64,000 bases of DNA from the NCBI RefSeq assembly GCF_009914755.1, contig NC_060925.1. One strand, given 5' to 3'. A program made the position numbers and the translations under genes. Origin of the DNA: the human T2T-CHM13v2.0 reference genome, Homo sapiens. Under the pieces are notes generated by a model, which saw only the letters and a list, made by a program, of their open reading frames with translations, ran no database searches and was not told where the DNA came from. Each line of letters begins with the position of its first letter. Positions within the stretch are counted from its first letter, which is position 1. Below are positions 25,325-39,704 of the stretch, piece after piece.

Positions 25325-25999
25325 GCACACAACACAAGGAAGTTACTGGGAATTCTTCTGTCTAGCCTTACATGAAAAAAACCCGTTTCCAACGAAGGCC
25401 TCTAAGTGGTCAAAATATCCACGTGCAGACTTTACAAACAGAGTGTTTCCAAACCGCTGAATGAAAAGAAAAGTTAAACTCTGAGAGTTGAACGCACACA
25501 TCACGCAGCAGTTTCTGAGAATGATTCTGTCTAGTTTTTATACGAAGATATTTCCTTTTCTGCCTTTGGCCCCAAAGCGCTTGAAATCTCCACTTGCAAA
25601 TTCCACAAAAACAGTGTTTCAAATCTGCTCTCTCTAAATGAAAGTTCAACTCTGTCAGTTGAATACACACAACACAAGGAAGTTACTGAGAATTCTTCTG
25701 TCTAGCATAATATGAAGAAATCCCGTTTCCAACGAAGGCCTCAAAGGGGTCTGAATATCCACTTGCAGACTTTACAAACAGAGTGTTTCCTAACTGCTCT
25801 ATGAAAAGAAAAGTTAAACTCTGTGAGTTGAACGCACACATCACAAAGGATTTTCTGAGAATCATTCTGTCTAGTCTTTATACGAAGATAGTTTCCTTTT
25901 CTACCATTGACCTCAAAGCGGCTGAAATCTCCACTTGCAAATTCCACAAAAAGAGTGTTTCAAGTCTGCTCTCTGTAAAGGATCGTTCAACTCTGTGAG

Positions 26000-28900
26000 T
26001 TGAATACACACAACACAAGGAAGTTACTGAGAATTCTTCTGTCTAGCAGAATATGAAGAAATCCCGTTTCCAACGAAGGCGTCAAAGAGGTCTGAATATC
26101 CACTTGCAGACTTTACAAACAGAGTGTTTCCTAACTGCTCTATGAAAAGAAAAGTTAAACTCTGTGAGTTGAACGCACACATCACAAAGGAGTTTCTGAG
26201 AATCATTCTGTCTAGTCTTTATACGAAGATATTTCCTTTTCTACCATTGACCTCAAAGCGGCTGAAATCTCCACTTGCAAATTCCACAAAAAGAGTGTTT
26301 CAAGTCTGCTCTCTGTAAAGGATCGTTCATCTCTGTGAGTTGAATACACACAACACAAGGAAGTTACTGAGAATTATTCTGTCTAGCATAATATGAAGAA
26401 TTCCGTTTCCAACGAAGGCCTCAAAGAGGTCTGAATATCCACTTGCAGACTTTACAAACAGAGTGTTTCCTAACTGCTCTATGAAAAGAAAAGTTAAACT
26501 CTGTGAGTTGAACGCACACATCACAAAGGAGTTTCTGAGAATCATTCTGTCTAGTCTTTATACGAAGATATTTCCTTTTCTACCATTGACCTCAAAGCGG
26601 CTGAAATCTCAACTTGCAAATTCCACAAAAAGAGTGTTTCAAGTCTGCTCTGTGTAAAGGATCGTTCAACTCTGTGAGTTGAATACACACAACACAAGGA
26701 AGTTACTGAGAATTCTTCTGTCTAGCAGAATATGAAGAAATCCCGTTTCCAACGAAGACGTCAAGGAGGTCTGAATATCCACTTGCAGACTTTAGAGAGT
26801 GTTTCCTAACTGCTCTATAAAAAGAAAGGTTAAACTCTGTGAGTTGAACGCACACATCACAAAGGAGTTTCTGAGAATCATTCTGTCTAGTCTTTATACG
26901 AAGATATTTCCTTTTCTACCATTGACCTCAAAGCGGCTGAAATCTCCACTTGCAAATTCCACAAAAAGAGTGTTTCAAGTCTGCTCTGTGTAAAGGATCG
27001 TTCAACTCTGTGAGTTGAATACACACAACACAAGGAAGTTACTGAGAATTCTTCTGTCTAGCAGAATATGAAGAAATCCCGTTTCCAACGAAGGCCACAA
27101 GATGTCAGAATATCCACTTACAGACTTTACAAACAGTGTGTTTCCTAACTGCTCTATGAACGGAAAGGTTAAACTCTGTGAGTTGAACGAACACATCACA
27201 ACGCAGTTTGTGGGAATGATTCTGTCTAGTTTTGAAACGAAGATATTTCCTTTTCTGCCATTGACCTTAAAGCGCTTGAAATCTACACTTGCAAATTGCA
27301 CAAATAGAGTGTTTCAAATCTGCTCTGTCTAAGGGAACGTTCAACTCTGTGAGTTGAATGCACACAACACAAGGAAGTTACTGGGAATTCTTCTGTCTAG
27401 CCTTACATGAAAAAAACCCGTTTCCAACGAAGGCCTCTAAGTGGTCAAAATATCCACGTGCAGACTTTACAAACAGAGTGTTTCCAAACCGCTGAATGAA
27501 AAGAAAAGTTAAACTCTGAGAGTTGAACGCACACATCACGCAGCAGTTTCTGAGAATGATTCTGTCTAGTTTTTATACGAAGATATTTCCTTTTCTGCCT
27601 TTGGCCCCAAAGCGCTTGAAATCTCCATTTGCAAATTCCACAAAAACAGTGTTTCAAATCTGCTCTCTCTAAATGAAAGTTCAACTCTGTCAGTTGAATA
27701 CACACAACACAAGGAAGTTACTGAGAATTCTTCTGTCTAGCAGAATATGAAGAAATCCCGTTTCCAACGAAGACCTCAAGGAGGTCTGAATATCCACTTG
27801 CAGACTTTAGAGAGTGTTTCCTAACTGCTCTATAAAAAGAAAGGTTAAACTCTGTGAGTTGAACGCACACATCACAAAGGAGTTTCTGAGAATCATTCTG
27901 TCTAGTCTTTATACGAAGATATTTCCTTTTCTACCATTGACCTCAAAGCGGCTGAAATCTCCACTTGCAAATTCCACAAAAAGAGTGTTTCAAGTCTGCT
28001 CTGTGTAAAGGATCGTTCAACTCTGTGAGTTGAATACACACAACACAAGGAAGTTACTGAGAATTCTTCTGTCTAGCAGAATATGAAGAAATCCCGTTTC
28101 CAACGAAGGCCAAAAGATGTCAGAATATCCACTTACAGACTTTACAAACAGTGTGTTTCCTAACTGCTCTATGAACGGAAAGGTTAAACTCTGTGAGTTG
28201 AACGAACACATCACAACGCAGTTTGTGGGAATGATTCTGTCTAGTTTTGAAACGAAGATATTTCCTTTTCTGCCATTGACCTTAAAGCGCTTGAAATCTA
28301 CACTTGCAAATTGCACAAATAGAGTGTTTCAAATCTGCTCTGTCTAAGGGAACGTTCAACTCTGTGAGTTGAATGCACACAACACAAGGAAGTTACTGGG
28401 AATTCTTCTGTCTAGCCTTACATGAAAAAAACCCGTTTCCAACGAAGGCCTCTAAGTGGTCAAAATATCCACGTGCAGACTTTACAAACAGAGTGTTTCC
28501 AAACCGCTGAATGAAAAGAAAAGTTAAACTCTGAGAGTTGAACGCACACATCACGCAGCAGTTTCTGAGAATGATTCTGTCTAGTTTTTATACGAAGATA
28601 TTTCCTTTTCTGCCTTTGGCCCCAAAGCGCTTGAAATCTCCATTTGCAAATTCCACAAAAACAGTGTTTCAAATCTGCTCTCTCTAAATGAAAGTTCAAC
28701 TCTGTCAGTTGAATACACACAACACAAGGAAGTTACTGAGAATTCTTCTGTCTAGCATAATATGAAGAAATCCCGTTTCCATCGAAGGCCTCAAAGTGGT
28801 CTGAATATCCACTTGCAGACGTTATAAACAGAGTGTTTACTAACTGCTCTATGAAAAGAAAGGTTAAACTCTGTGAGTTGAACACACACATCACAAAGGA

Positions 28901-31900
28901 GTTTCTGAGAATCATTCTGTCTAGTTTTTCTACGAAGATATTTCCTTTTCTACTATTGACCTCAAAGCGGCTGAAATCTCCACTTGCAAATTCCACAAAA
29001 AGACTGTTTCAAGTCTGCTCTGTGTAAAGGATCGTTCAACTCTGCGAGTTCAATACACACAACACAAGGAAGTTACTGAGAATTCTTCTGTCTAGCAGAA
29101 TATGAAGAAATCCCGTTTCCAAAGAAGGCCTCAAAGAGGTCTGAATATCCACTTGCAGACTTTACAAACAGAGTGTTTCCTAACTGCTCTATGAAAAGAA
29201 AGGTTAAACTCTGTGAGTTGAACGCACACATCACAAAGGAGTTTCTGAAAATCATTCTGTCTAGTTTCTATAGGAAGATATTTCCTATTCTATCATTGAC
29301 CTCAAAGCGGCTGAAATCTCCACTTGCGAATTCCACAAAAAGAGTGTTTCAAGTCTGCTCTCTGTAAAGGATCGTTCAACTCTGTGAGTTGAATACACAC
29401 AACACAAGGAAGTTACTGAGAATTCTTCTGTCTATCAGAATATGAAGAAATCCCGTTTCCAACGAAGGCCTCAAAGAGGTCTGAATATCCACTTGCAGAC
29501 TTTACAAACAGAGTGTTTCCTAACTGCTCTATGAAAAGAAAAGTTAAACTCTGTGAGTTGAACGCACACATCACAAAGGATTTTCTGAGAATCATTCTGT
29601 CTAGTCTTTATACGAAGATAGTTTCCTTTTCTACCATTGACCTCAAAGCGGCTGAAATCTCCACTTGCAAATTCCACAAAAAGAGTGTTTCAAGTCTGCT
29701 CTCTGTAAAGGATCGTTCAACTCTGTGAGTTGAATACACACAACACAAGGAAGTTACTGAGAATTCTTCTGTCTAGCAGAATATGAAGAAATCCCGTTTC
29801 CAACGAAGGCGTCAAAGAGGTCTGAATATCCACTTGCAGACTTTACAAACAGAGTGTTTCCTAACTGCTCTATGAAAAGAAAAGTTAAACTCTGTGAGTT
29901 GAACGCACACATCACAAAGGAGTTTCTGAGAATCATTCTGTCTAGTCTTTATACGAAGATATTTCCTTTTCTACCATTGACCTCAAAGCGGCTGAAATCT
30001 CCACTTGCAAATTCCACAAAAAGACTGTTTCAAGTCTGCTCTGTGTAAAGGATCGTTCAACTCTGCGAGTTCAATACACACAACACAAGGAAGTTACTGA
30101 GAATTCTTCTGTCTAGCATAATATGAAGAAATCCCGTTTCCAACGAAGGCCTCAAAGGGGTCTGAATATCCACTTGCAGACTTTATAAACAGAGTGTTTA
30201 CTAACTGCTCTATGAAAAGAAAGGTTAACCTCTGTGAGTTGAACACACACATCACAAAGGAGTTTCTGAGAATCATTCTGTCTAGTTTTTCTACGAAGTT
30301 ATTTCCTTTTCTACTACTGACCTCAAAGCGGCTGAAATCTCCACTTGCAAATTCCACAAAAAGAGCGTTTCAAGACTGCTCTGTGTAAAGGATCGTTCAA
30401 CTCTGTGAGTTGAATACACACAACACAGGGAAGTTACTGAGAATTCTTCTGTCTAGCAGAATATGAAGAAATCCCGTTTCCAACGAAGGCCTCAAAGAGG
30501 TCTGAATATCCACTTGCAGACTTTACAAACAGAGTGTTTCCTAACTGCTCTATGAAAAGAAATGTTAAACTCTGTGAGTTGAACGCACACATCACAAAGG
30601 ATTTTCTGAGAATCATTCTGTCTAGTCTTTATACGAAGATAGTTTCCTTTTCTACCATTGACCTCAAGCGGCTGAAATCTCCACTTGCAAATTCCACAAA
30701 AAGAGTGTTTCAAGTGTGCTCTCTGTAAAGCGTCGTTCAACTGTGTGAGTTGAATACACACAACACAAGGAAGTTACTGAGAATTATTCTGTCTAGCATA
30801 ATATGAAGAAATCCCGTTTCCAACGAAGGCCTCAAGCAGGTCTGAATATCCACTTGCATACTTTACAAACAGAGTGTTTCCTAACTGCTCTATGAAAAGA
30901 AAGGTTAAACTCTGTGAGTTGAACGCACACATCACAAAGGAGTTTATGAGAATCATTCTGTCTATTTTCTATAGGAAGATATTTCCTATTCTACCATTGA
31001 GCTCAAAGCGGCTGAAATCTCCACTTGCAAATTCCACAAAAAGAGTGTTTCAAGTCTGCTCTGTGTAAATGATCGTTCAACTCTGTGAGTTGAATACACA
31101 CAACACAAGGAAGTTACTGAGAATTATTCTGTCTAGCATAATATGAAGAAATCCCGTTTCCAACGAAGGCCTCAAAGAGGTCTGAATATCCACTTGCAGA
31201 CTTTACAAACAGAGTGTTTCCTAACTGCTCTATGAAAAGAAAAGTTAAACTCTGTGAGTTGAACACACACATCACAAAGGATTTTCTGAGAATCATTCTG
31301 TCTACTCTTTATACGAACATAGTTTCCTTTTCTACCTTTGACCTCAAAGCGGCTGAAATCTCCACTTGCAAATTCCACAAAAAGTGTGTTTCAAGTCTGC
31401 TCTGTGTAAAGGATCGTTCAACTCTTTGAGTTGAATACACACAACACAAGGAAGTTACTGAGAATTCTTCTGTCTATCAGAATATGAAGAAATCCCGTTT
31501 CCAAAGAAGGCCTCAAGGAGGTCTGAATATCCACTTGCAGACTTCACAAACAGAGTGTTTCCTAACTGCTCTATGAAAAGAAAGGTTAAACTCTGTGAGT
31601 TGAACGCACACATCACAAAGGAGTTTATGAGAATCACTCTGTCTAGTTTCTATAGGAAGATATTTCCTATTCTACCGTTGACCTCAAAGCGGCTGAAATC
31701 TCCACTTGCAAATTCCACAAAAAGAGTGTTTCAAGTCTGCTCTGTGTAAATGATCGTTCAACTCTGTGAGTTGAATACACACAACACAAGGAAGTTACTG
31801 AGAATTCTTCTGTCTAGCAGAATATGAAGAAATCCCGTTTCCAACGAAGGCCACAAGATGTCAGAATATTCACTTACAGACTTTACAAACAGAGTATTTC

Positions 31901-34870
31901 CTAACTGCTCTATGAACAGAAAGGTTAAGCTCTGTGAGTTGAACGAACACATCACAACGCAGTTTGTGGGAATGATTCTGTCTAGTTTTGAAACGAAGAT
32001 ATTTCCTTTTCTGCCATTGACCTTAAAGCGCTTGAAATCTACACTTGCAAATTGCACAAATAGAGTGTTTCAAATCTGCTCTGTCTAAGGGAACGTTCAA
32101 CTCTGTGAGTTGAATGCACACAACACAAGGAAGTTACTGGGAATTCTTCTGTCTAGCCTTACATGCAAAAAACCCGTTTCCAACGAAGGCCTCTAAGTGG
32201 TCAAAATATCCACGTGCAGACTTCACAAACAGAGTGTTCCCAAACCGCTGAATGAAAAGAAAAGTTAAACTCTGAGAGTTGAACGCACACATCACGCAGC
32301 AGCTTCGGAGAATGATTCTGTCTAGTTTTCATACGAAGATATTTCCTTTTCTGCCTTTGGCCCCAAAGCGCTTGAAATCTCCACTTGCAAATTCCACAAA
32401 AACAGTGTTTCAAATCTGCTCTCTCTAAATGAAAGTTCAACTCTGTCAGTTGAATACACACAACACAAGGAAGTTACTGAGAATTCTTCTGTCTAGCATA
32501 ATATGAAGAAATCCCGTTTCCAACGAAGGCCTCAAAGGGGTCTGAATATCCACTTGCAGACTTTATAAACAGAGTGTTTACTAAGTGCTCTATGAAAAGA
32601 AAGGTTAATCTCTGTGAGTTGAACACACACATCACAAAGGAGTTTCTGAGAATCATTCTGTCTAGTTTTTCTACGAAGATATTTCCTTTTCTACTATTGA
32701 CCTCAAAGCGGCTGAAATCTCCACTTGCAAATTCCACAAAAAGAGTGTTTCAAGACTGCTCTGTGTAAAGGATCGTTCAACTCTGTGAGTAGAATACACA
32801 CAACACAAGGAAGTTACTGAGAATTCTTCTGTCTAGCAGAATATGAAGAAATCCCGTTTCCAACGAAGGCCTCAAAGAGGTCTGAATATCCACTTGCAGA
32901 CTTTACAAACAGAGTTTTTCCTAACTGCTCTATGAAAAGAAAGGTTAAACTCTGTGAGTTGAACGCACACATCACAAAGGAGTTTCTGAGAATCATTCTG
33001 TCTCGTTTCTATAGGAAGATATTTCCTATTCTATCATTGACCTCAAAGCGGCTGAAATCTCCACTTGCAAATTCCACAAAAAGAGTGTTTCAAGTCTGCT
33101 CTCTGTAAAGGATCGTTCAACTCTGTGAGTTGAATACACACAACACAAGGAAGTTACTGAGAATTCTTCTGTCTAGCAGAATATGAAGAAATCCCGTTTC
33201 CAACGAAGGCGTCAAAGAGGTCTGAATATCCACTTGCAGACTTTACAAACAGAGTGTTTCCTAACTGCTCTATGAAAAGAAAAGTTAAACTCTGTGAGTT
33301 GAACGCACACATCACAAAGGAGTTTCTGAGAATCATTCTGTCTAGTCTTTATACGAAGATATTTCCTTTTCTACCATTGACCTCAAAGCGGCTGAAATCT
33401 CCACTTGCAAATTCCACAAAAAGAGTGTTTCAAGTCTGCTCTCTGTAAAGGATCGTTCATCTCTGTGAGTTGAATACACACAACACAAGGAAGTTACTGA
33501 GAATTATTCTGTCTAGCATAATATGAAGAATCCCGTTTCCAACGAAGGCCTCAAAGAGGTCTGAATATCCACTTGCAGACTTTACAAACAGAGTGTTTCC
33601 TAACTGCTCTATGAAAAGAAAAGTTAAACTCTGTGAGTTGAACGCACACATCACAAAGGAGTTTCTGAGAATCATTCTGTCTAGTCTTTATACGAAGATA
33701 TTTCCTTTTCTAACATTGACCTCAAAGCGGCTGAAATCTCCACTTGCAAATTCCACAAAAAGAGTGTTTCAAGTCTGCTCTGTGTAAAGGATCGTTCAAC
33801 TCTGTGAGTTGAATACACACAACACAAGGAAGTTACTGAGAATTCTTCTGTCTAGCAGAATATGAAGAAATCCCGTTTCCAACGAAGACCTCAAGGAGGT
33901 CTGAATATCCACTTGCAGACTTTAGAGAGTGTTTCCTAACTGCTCTATAAAAAGAAAGGTTAAACTCTGTGAGTTGAACGCACACATCACAAAGGAGTTT
34001 CTGAGAATCATTCTGTCTAGTCTTTATACGAAGATATTTCCTTTTCTACCATGGACCTCAAAGCGGCTGAAATCTCCACTTGCAAATTCCACAAAAAGAG
34101 TGTTTCAAGTCTGCTCTTTGTAAAGGATCGTTCAAGTCTGTGAGTTGAATACACACAACACAAGGAAGTTACTGAGAATTCTTCTGTCTAGCAGAATATG
34201 AAGAAATCCCGTTTCCAACGAAGGCCACAAGATGTCAGAATATCCACTTACAGATTTTACAAACAGTGTGTTTCCTAACTGCTCTATGAACGGAAAGGTT
34301 AAACTCTGTGAGTTGAACGAACACATCACAACGCAGTTTGTGGGAATGATTCTGTCTAGTTTTGAAACGAAGATATTTCCTTTTCTGCCATTGACCTTAA
34401 AGCGCTTGAAATCTACACTTGCAAATTGCACAAATAGAGTGTTTCAAATCTGCTCTGTCTAAGGGAACGTTCAACTCTGTGAGTTGAATGCACACAACAC
34501 AAGGAAGTTACTGGGAATTCTTCTGTCTAGCCTTACATGAAAAAAACCCGTTTCCAACGAAGGCCTCTAAGTGGTCAAAATATCCACGTGCAGACTTTAC
34601 AAACAGAGTGTTTCCAAACCGCTGAATGAAAAGAAAAGTTAAACTCTGAGAGTTGAACGCACACATCACGCAGCAGTTTCTGAGAATGATTCTGTCTAGT
34701 TTTTATACGAAGATATTTCCTTTTCTGCCTTTGGCCCCAAAGCGCTTCAAATCTCCACTTGCAAATTCCACAAAAACAGTGTTTCAAATCTGCTCTCTCT
34801 AAATGAAAGTTCAACTCTGTCAGTTGAATACACACAACACAAGGAAGTTACTGAGAATTCTTCTGTCTAG
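26000..34870 (-). repeat. Dispersed ~1.7-kb duplication: ~26000-27740 copied at ~33130-34870 (offset 7,130 bp)
   Basis: ORF pairs are 26024/33154, 26327/33457, 26799/33929, 27002/34132 and 27445/34575. Shared variants are aaggcgtcaaag, gttcatctctg, a 1-bp deletion beside a CENP-B box, and ctttagagagtg. Confidence 0.83.
26700..28745 (-). repeat. Tandem duplication of a 1,015-bp 6-monomer HOR carrying a 4-bp deletion
   Basis: The offset is 1015 (26799/27814, 27002/28017, 27445/28460). Shared variants are ctttagagagtg, ctctataaaaag, aaacagtgtg, aacggaaagg and ctccatttgc. Confidence 0.88.
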
Positions 34871-37800
34871 CATAATATGAAGAAATCCCGTTTCCAACGA
34901 AGGCCTCAAAGGGGTCTGAATATCCACTTGCAGACTTTATAAACAGAGTGTTTACTAACTGCTCTATGAAAAGAAAGGTTAACCTCTGTGAGTTGAACAC
35001 ACACATCACAAAGGAGTTTCTGAGAATCATTCTGTCTAGTTTTTCTACGAAGATATTTCCTTTTCTACTACTGACCTCAAAGCGGCTGAAATCTCCACTT
35101 GCAAATTCCACAAAAAGAGCGTTTCAAGACTGTTCTGTGTAAAGGATCGTTCAACTCTGTGAGTTGAATACACATAACACAGGGAAGTTACTGAGAATTC
35201 TTCTGTCTAGCAGAATATGAAGAAATCCCGTTTCCAACGAAGGCCTCAAAGAGGTCTGAATATCCACTTGCAGACTTTACAAACAGAGTGTTTCCTAAAT
35301 GCTCTATGAAAAGAAAGGTTAAACTCTGTGAGTTGAACGCACACATCACAAAGGAGTTTCTGAGAATCATTCTGTCTAGTTTCTATAGGAAGATATTTCC
35401 TATTCTATCATTGACCTCAAAGCGGCTGAAATCTCCACTTGCGAATTCCACAAAAAGAGTGTTTCAAGTCTGCTCTCTGTAAAGGATCGTTCAACTCTGT
35501 GAGTTGAATACACACAACACAAGGAAGTTACTGAGAATTCTTCTGTCTATCAGAATATGAAGAAATCCCGTTTCCAACGAAGGCCTCAAAGAGGTCTGAA
35601 TATCCACTTGCAGACTTTACAAACAGAGTGTTTCCTAACTGCTCTATGAAAAGAAAAGTTAAACTCTGTGAGTTGAACGCACACATCACAAAGGATTTTC
35701 TGAGAATCATTCTGTCTAGTCTTTATACGAAGATAGTTTCCTTTTCTACCATTGACCTCAAAGCGGGTGAAATCTCCACTTGCAAATTCCACAAAAAGAG
35801 TGTTTCAAGTCTGCTCTGTGTAAAGGATCGTTCAACTCTGTGAGTTGAATACACACAACACAAGGAAGTTACTGAGAATTCTTCTGTCTATCAGAATATG
35901 AAGAAATCCCGTTTCCAACGAAGGCCTCAAGGAGGTCTGAATATCCACTTGCAGACTTTACAAACAGAGTGTTTCCTAACTGCTCTATGAAAAGAAAGGT
36001 TAAACTCTGTGAGTTGAACGCACACATCACAAAGGAGTTTCTGAGAATCATTCTGTCTAGTCTTTATACGAAGATATTTCCTTTTCTACCATGGACCTCA
36101 AAGCGGCTGAAATCTCCACTTGCAAATTCCACAAAAAGAGTGTTTCAAGTCTGCTCTTTGTAAAGGATCGTTCAACTCTGTGAGTTGAATACACACAACA
36201 CAAGGAAGTTACTGAGAATTCTTCTGTCTAGCAGAATATGAAGAAATCCCATTTCCAACGAAGGCCACAAAATGTCAGAATATCCACTTACAGACTTTAC
36301 AAACAGAGTGTTTCCTAACTGCTGTATGAACAGAAAGGTTAAACTCTGTGAGTTGAACGAACACATCACAACGCAGTTTGTGGGAATGATTCTGTCTAGT
36401 TTTGAAACGAAGATATTTCCTTTTCTGCCATTGACCTTAAAGCGCTTGAAATCTACACTTGCAAATTGCACAAATAGAGTGTTTCAAATCTGCTCTGTCT
36501 AAGGGAACGTTCAACTGTGTGAGTTGAATGCACACAACACAAGGAAGTTACTGGGAATTCTTCTGTCTAGCCTTACATGCAAAAAACCCGTTTCCAACGA
36601 AGGCCTCTAAGTGGTCAAAATATCCACGTGCAGACTTTACAAACAGAGTGTTTCCAAACCGCTGAATGAAAAGAAAAGTTAAACTCTGAGAGTTGAACGC
36701 ACACATCACGCAGCAGTTTCTGAGAATGATTCTGTCTAGTTTTTATACGAAGATATTTCCTTTTCTGCCTTTGGCCCCAAAGCGCTTGAAATCTCCACTT
36801 GCAAATTCCACAAAAACAGTGTTTCAAATCTGCTCTCTCTAAATGAAAGTTCAACTCTGTCAGTTGAATACACACAACACAAGGAAGTTACTGAGAATTC
36901 TTCTGTCTAGCATAATATGAAGAAATCCCGTTTCCAACGAAGGCCTCAAAGGGGTCTGAATATCCACTTGCAGACTTTATAAACAGAGTGTTTACTAACT
37001 GCTCTATGAAAAGAAAGGTTAACCTCTGTGAGTTGAACACACACATCACAAAGGAGTTTCTGAGAATCATTCTGTCTAGTTTTTCTACGAAGATATTTCC
37101 TTTTCTACTACTGACCTCAAAGCGGCTGAAATCTCCACTTGCAAATTCCACAAAAAGAGCGTTTCAAGACTGCTCTGTGTAAAGGATCGTTCAACTCTGT
37201 GAGTTGAATACACATAACACAGGGAAGTTACTGAGAATTCTTCTGTCTAGCAGAATATGAAGAAATCCCGTTTCCAACGAAGGCCTCAAAGAGGTCTGAA
37301 TATCCACTTGCAGACTTTACAAACAGAGTGTTTCCTAACTGCTCTATGAAAAGAAATGTTAAACTCTGTGAGTTGAACGCACACATCACAAAGGATTTTC
37401 TGAGAATCATTCTGTCTAGTCTTTATACGAAGATAGTTTCCTTTTCTACCATTGACCTCAAGCGGCTGAAATCTCCACTTGCAAATTCCACAAAAAGAGT
37501 GTTTCAAGTCTGCTCTCTGTAAAGCGTCGTTCAACTCTGTGAGTTGAATACACACAACACAAGGAAGTTACTGAGAATTATTCTGTCTAGCATAATATGA
37601 AGAAATCCCGTTTCCAACGAAGGCCTCAAGCAGGTCTGAATATCCACTTGCATACTTTACAAACAGAGTGTTTCCTAACTGCTCTATGAAAAGAAAGGTT
37701 AAACTCTGTGAGTTGAACGCACACATCACAAAGGAGTTTATGAGAATCATTCTGTCTATTTTCTATAGGAAGATATTTCCTATTCTACCATTGAGCTCAA

Positions 37801-39704
37801 AGCGGCTGAAATCTCCACTTGCAAATTCCACAAAAAGAGTGTTTCAAGTCTGCTCTGTGTAAATGATCGTTCAACTCTGTGAGTTGAATACACACAACAC
37901 AAGGAAGTTACTGATAATTATTCTGTCTAGCATAATATGAAGAAATCCCGTTTCCAACGAAGGCCTCAAAGAGGTCTGAATATCCACTTGCAGACTTTAC
38001 AAACAGAGTGTTTCCTAACTGCTCTATGAAAAGAAAAGTTAAACTCTGTGAGTTGAACGCACACATCACAAAGGATTTTCTGAGAATCATTCTGTCTACT
38101 CTTTATACGAACATAGTTTCCTTTTCTACCTTTGACCTCAAAGCGGCTGAAATCTCCACTTGCAAATTCCACAAAAAGTGTGTTTCAAGTCTGCTCTGTG
38201 TAAAGGATCGTTCAACTCTGTGAGTTGAATACACACAACACAAGGAAGTTACTGAGAATTCTTCTGTCTATCAGAATATGAAGAAATCCCGTTTCCAAAG
38301 AAGGCCTCAAGGAGGTCTGAATATCCACTTGCAGACTTTACAAACAGAGTGTTTCCTAACTGCTCTATGAAAAGAAAGGTTAAAATCTGTGAGTTGAACG
38401 CACACATCACAAAGGAGTTGATGAGAATCACTCTGTCTAGTTTCTATAGGAAGATATTTCCTATTCTACCGTTGACCTCAAAGCGGCTGAAATCTCCACT
38501 TGCAAATTCCACAAAAAGAGTGTTTCAAGTCTGCTCTGTGTAAAGGATCGTTCAACTCTGTGAGTTGAATACACACAACACAAGGAAGTTACTGAGAATT
38601 CTTCTGTCTAGCAGAATATGAAGAAATCCCGTTTCCAACGAAGGCCACAAGATGTCAGAATATCCACTTACAGACTTTACAAACAGAGTGTTTCCTAACT
38701 GCTCTATGAACAGAAAGGTTAAACTCTGTGAGTTGAACGAACACATCACAACGCAGTTTGTGGGAATGATTGTGTCTAGTTTTGAAACGAAGATATTTCC
38801 TTTTCTGCCATTGACCTTAAAGCGCTTGAAATCTACACTTGCAAATTGCACAAATAGAGTGTTTCAAATCTGCTCTGTCTAAGGGAACGTTCAACTCTGT
38901 GAGTTGAATGCACACAACACAAGGAAGTTACTGGGAATTCTTCTGTCTAGCCTTACATGCAAAAAACCCGTTTCCAACGAAGGCCTCTAAGTGGTCAAAA
39001 TATCCACGTGCAGAATTCACAAACAGAGTGTTTCCAAACCGCTGAATGAAAAGAAAAGTTAAACTCTGAGAGTTGAACGCACACATCACGCAGCAGCTTC
39101 GGAGAATGATTCTGTCTAGTTTTCATACGAAGATATTTCCTTTTCTGCCTTTGGCCCCAAAGCGCTTGAAATCTCCACTTGCAAATTCCACAAAAACAGT
39201 GTTTCAAATCTGCTCTCTCTAAATGAAAGTTCAACTCTGTCAATTGAATACACACAACACAAGGAAGTTACTGAGAATTCTTCTGTCTAGCATAATATGA
39301 AGAAATCCCGTTTCCAACGAAGGCCTCAAAGGGGTCTGAATATCCACTTGCAGACTTTATAAACAGAGTGTTTACTAACTGCTCTATGAAAAGAAAGGTT
39401 AATCTCTGTGAGTTGAACACACACATCACAAAGGAGTTTCTGAGAATCATTCTGTCTAGTTTTTCTACGAAGATATTTCCTTTTCTACTATTGACCTCAA
39501 AGCGGCTGAAATCTCCACTTGCAAATTCCACAAAAAGAGTGTTTCAAGACTGCTCTGTGTAAAGGATCGTTCAACTCTGTGAGTAGAATACACACAACAC
39601 AAGGAAGTTACTGAGAATTCTTCTGTCTAGCAGAATATGAAGAAATCCCGTTTCCAACGAAGGCCTCAAAGAGGTCTGAATATCCACTTGCAGACTTTAC
39701 AAAC
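30080..39704 (-). repeat. Dispersed ~2.8-kb duplication: ~30080-32910 copied at ~36874-39704 (offset 6,794 bp, 40 monomers)
   Basis: ORF pairs from 30094/36888 to 32474/39268 are all offset by 6794. Shared variants are actactgacc, gagcgtttcaagac, aaatgttaa, aaagcgtcg, caagcagg, gcagcttcggag, gttttcatacg, gttaatctctg and gagtagaatac. Confidence 0.87.
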
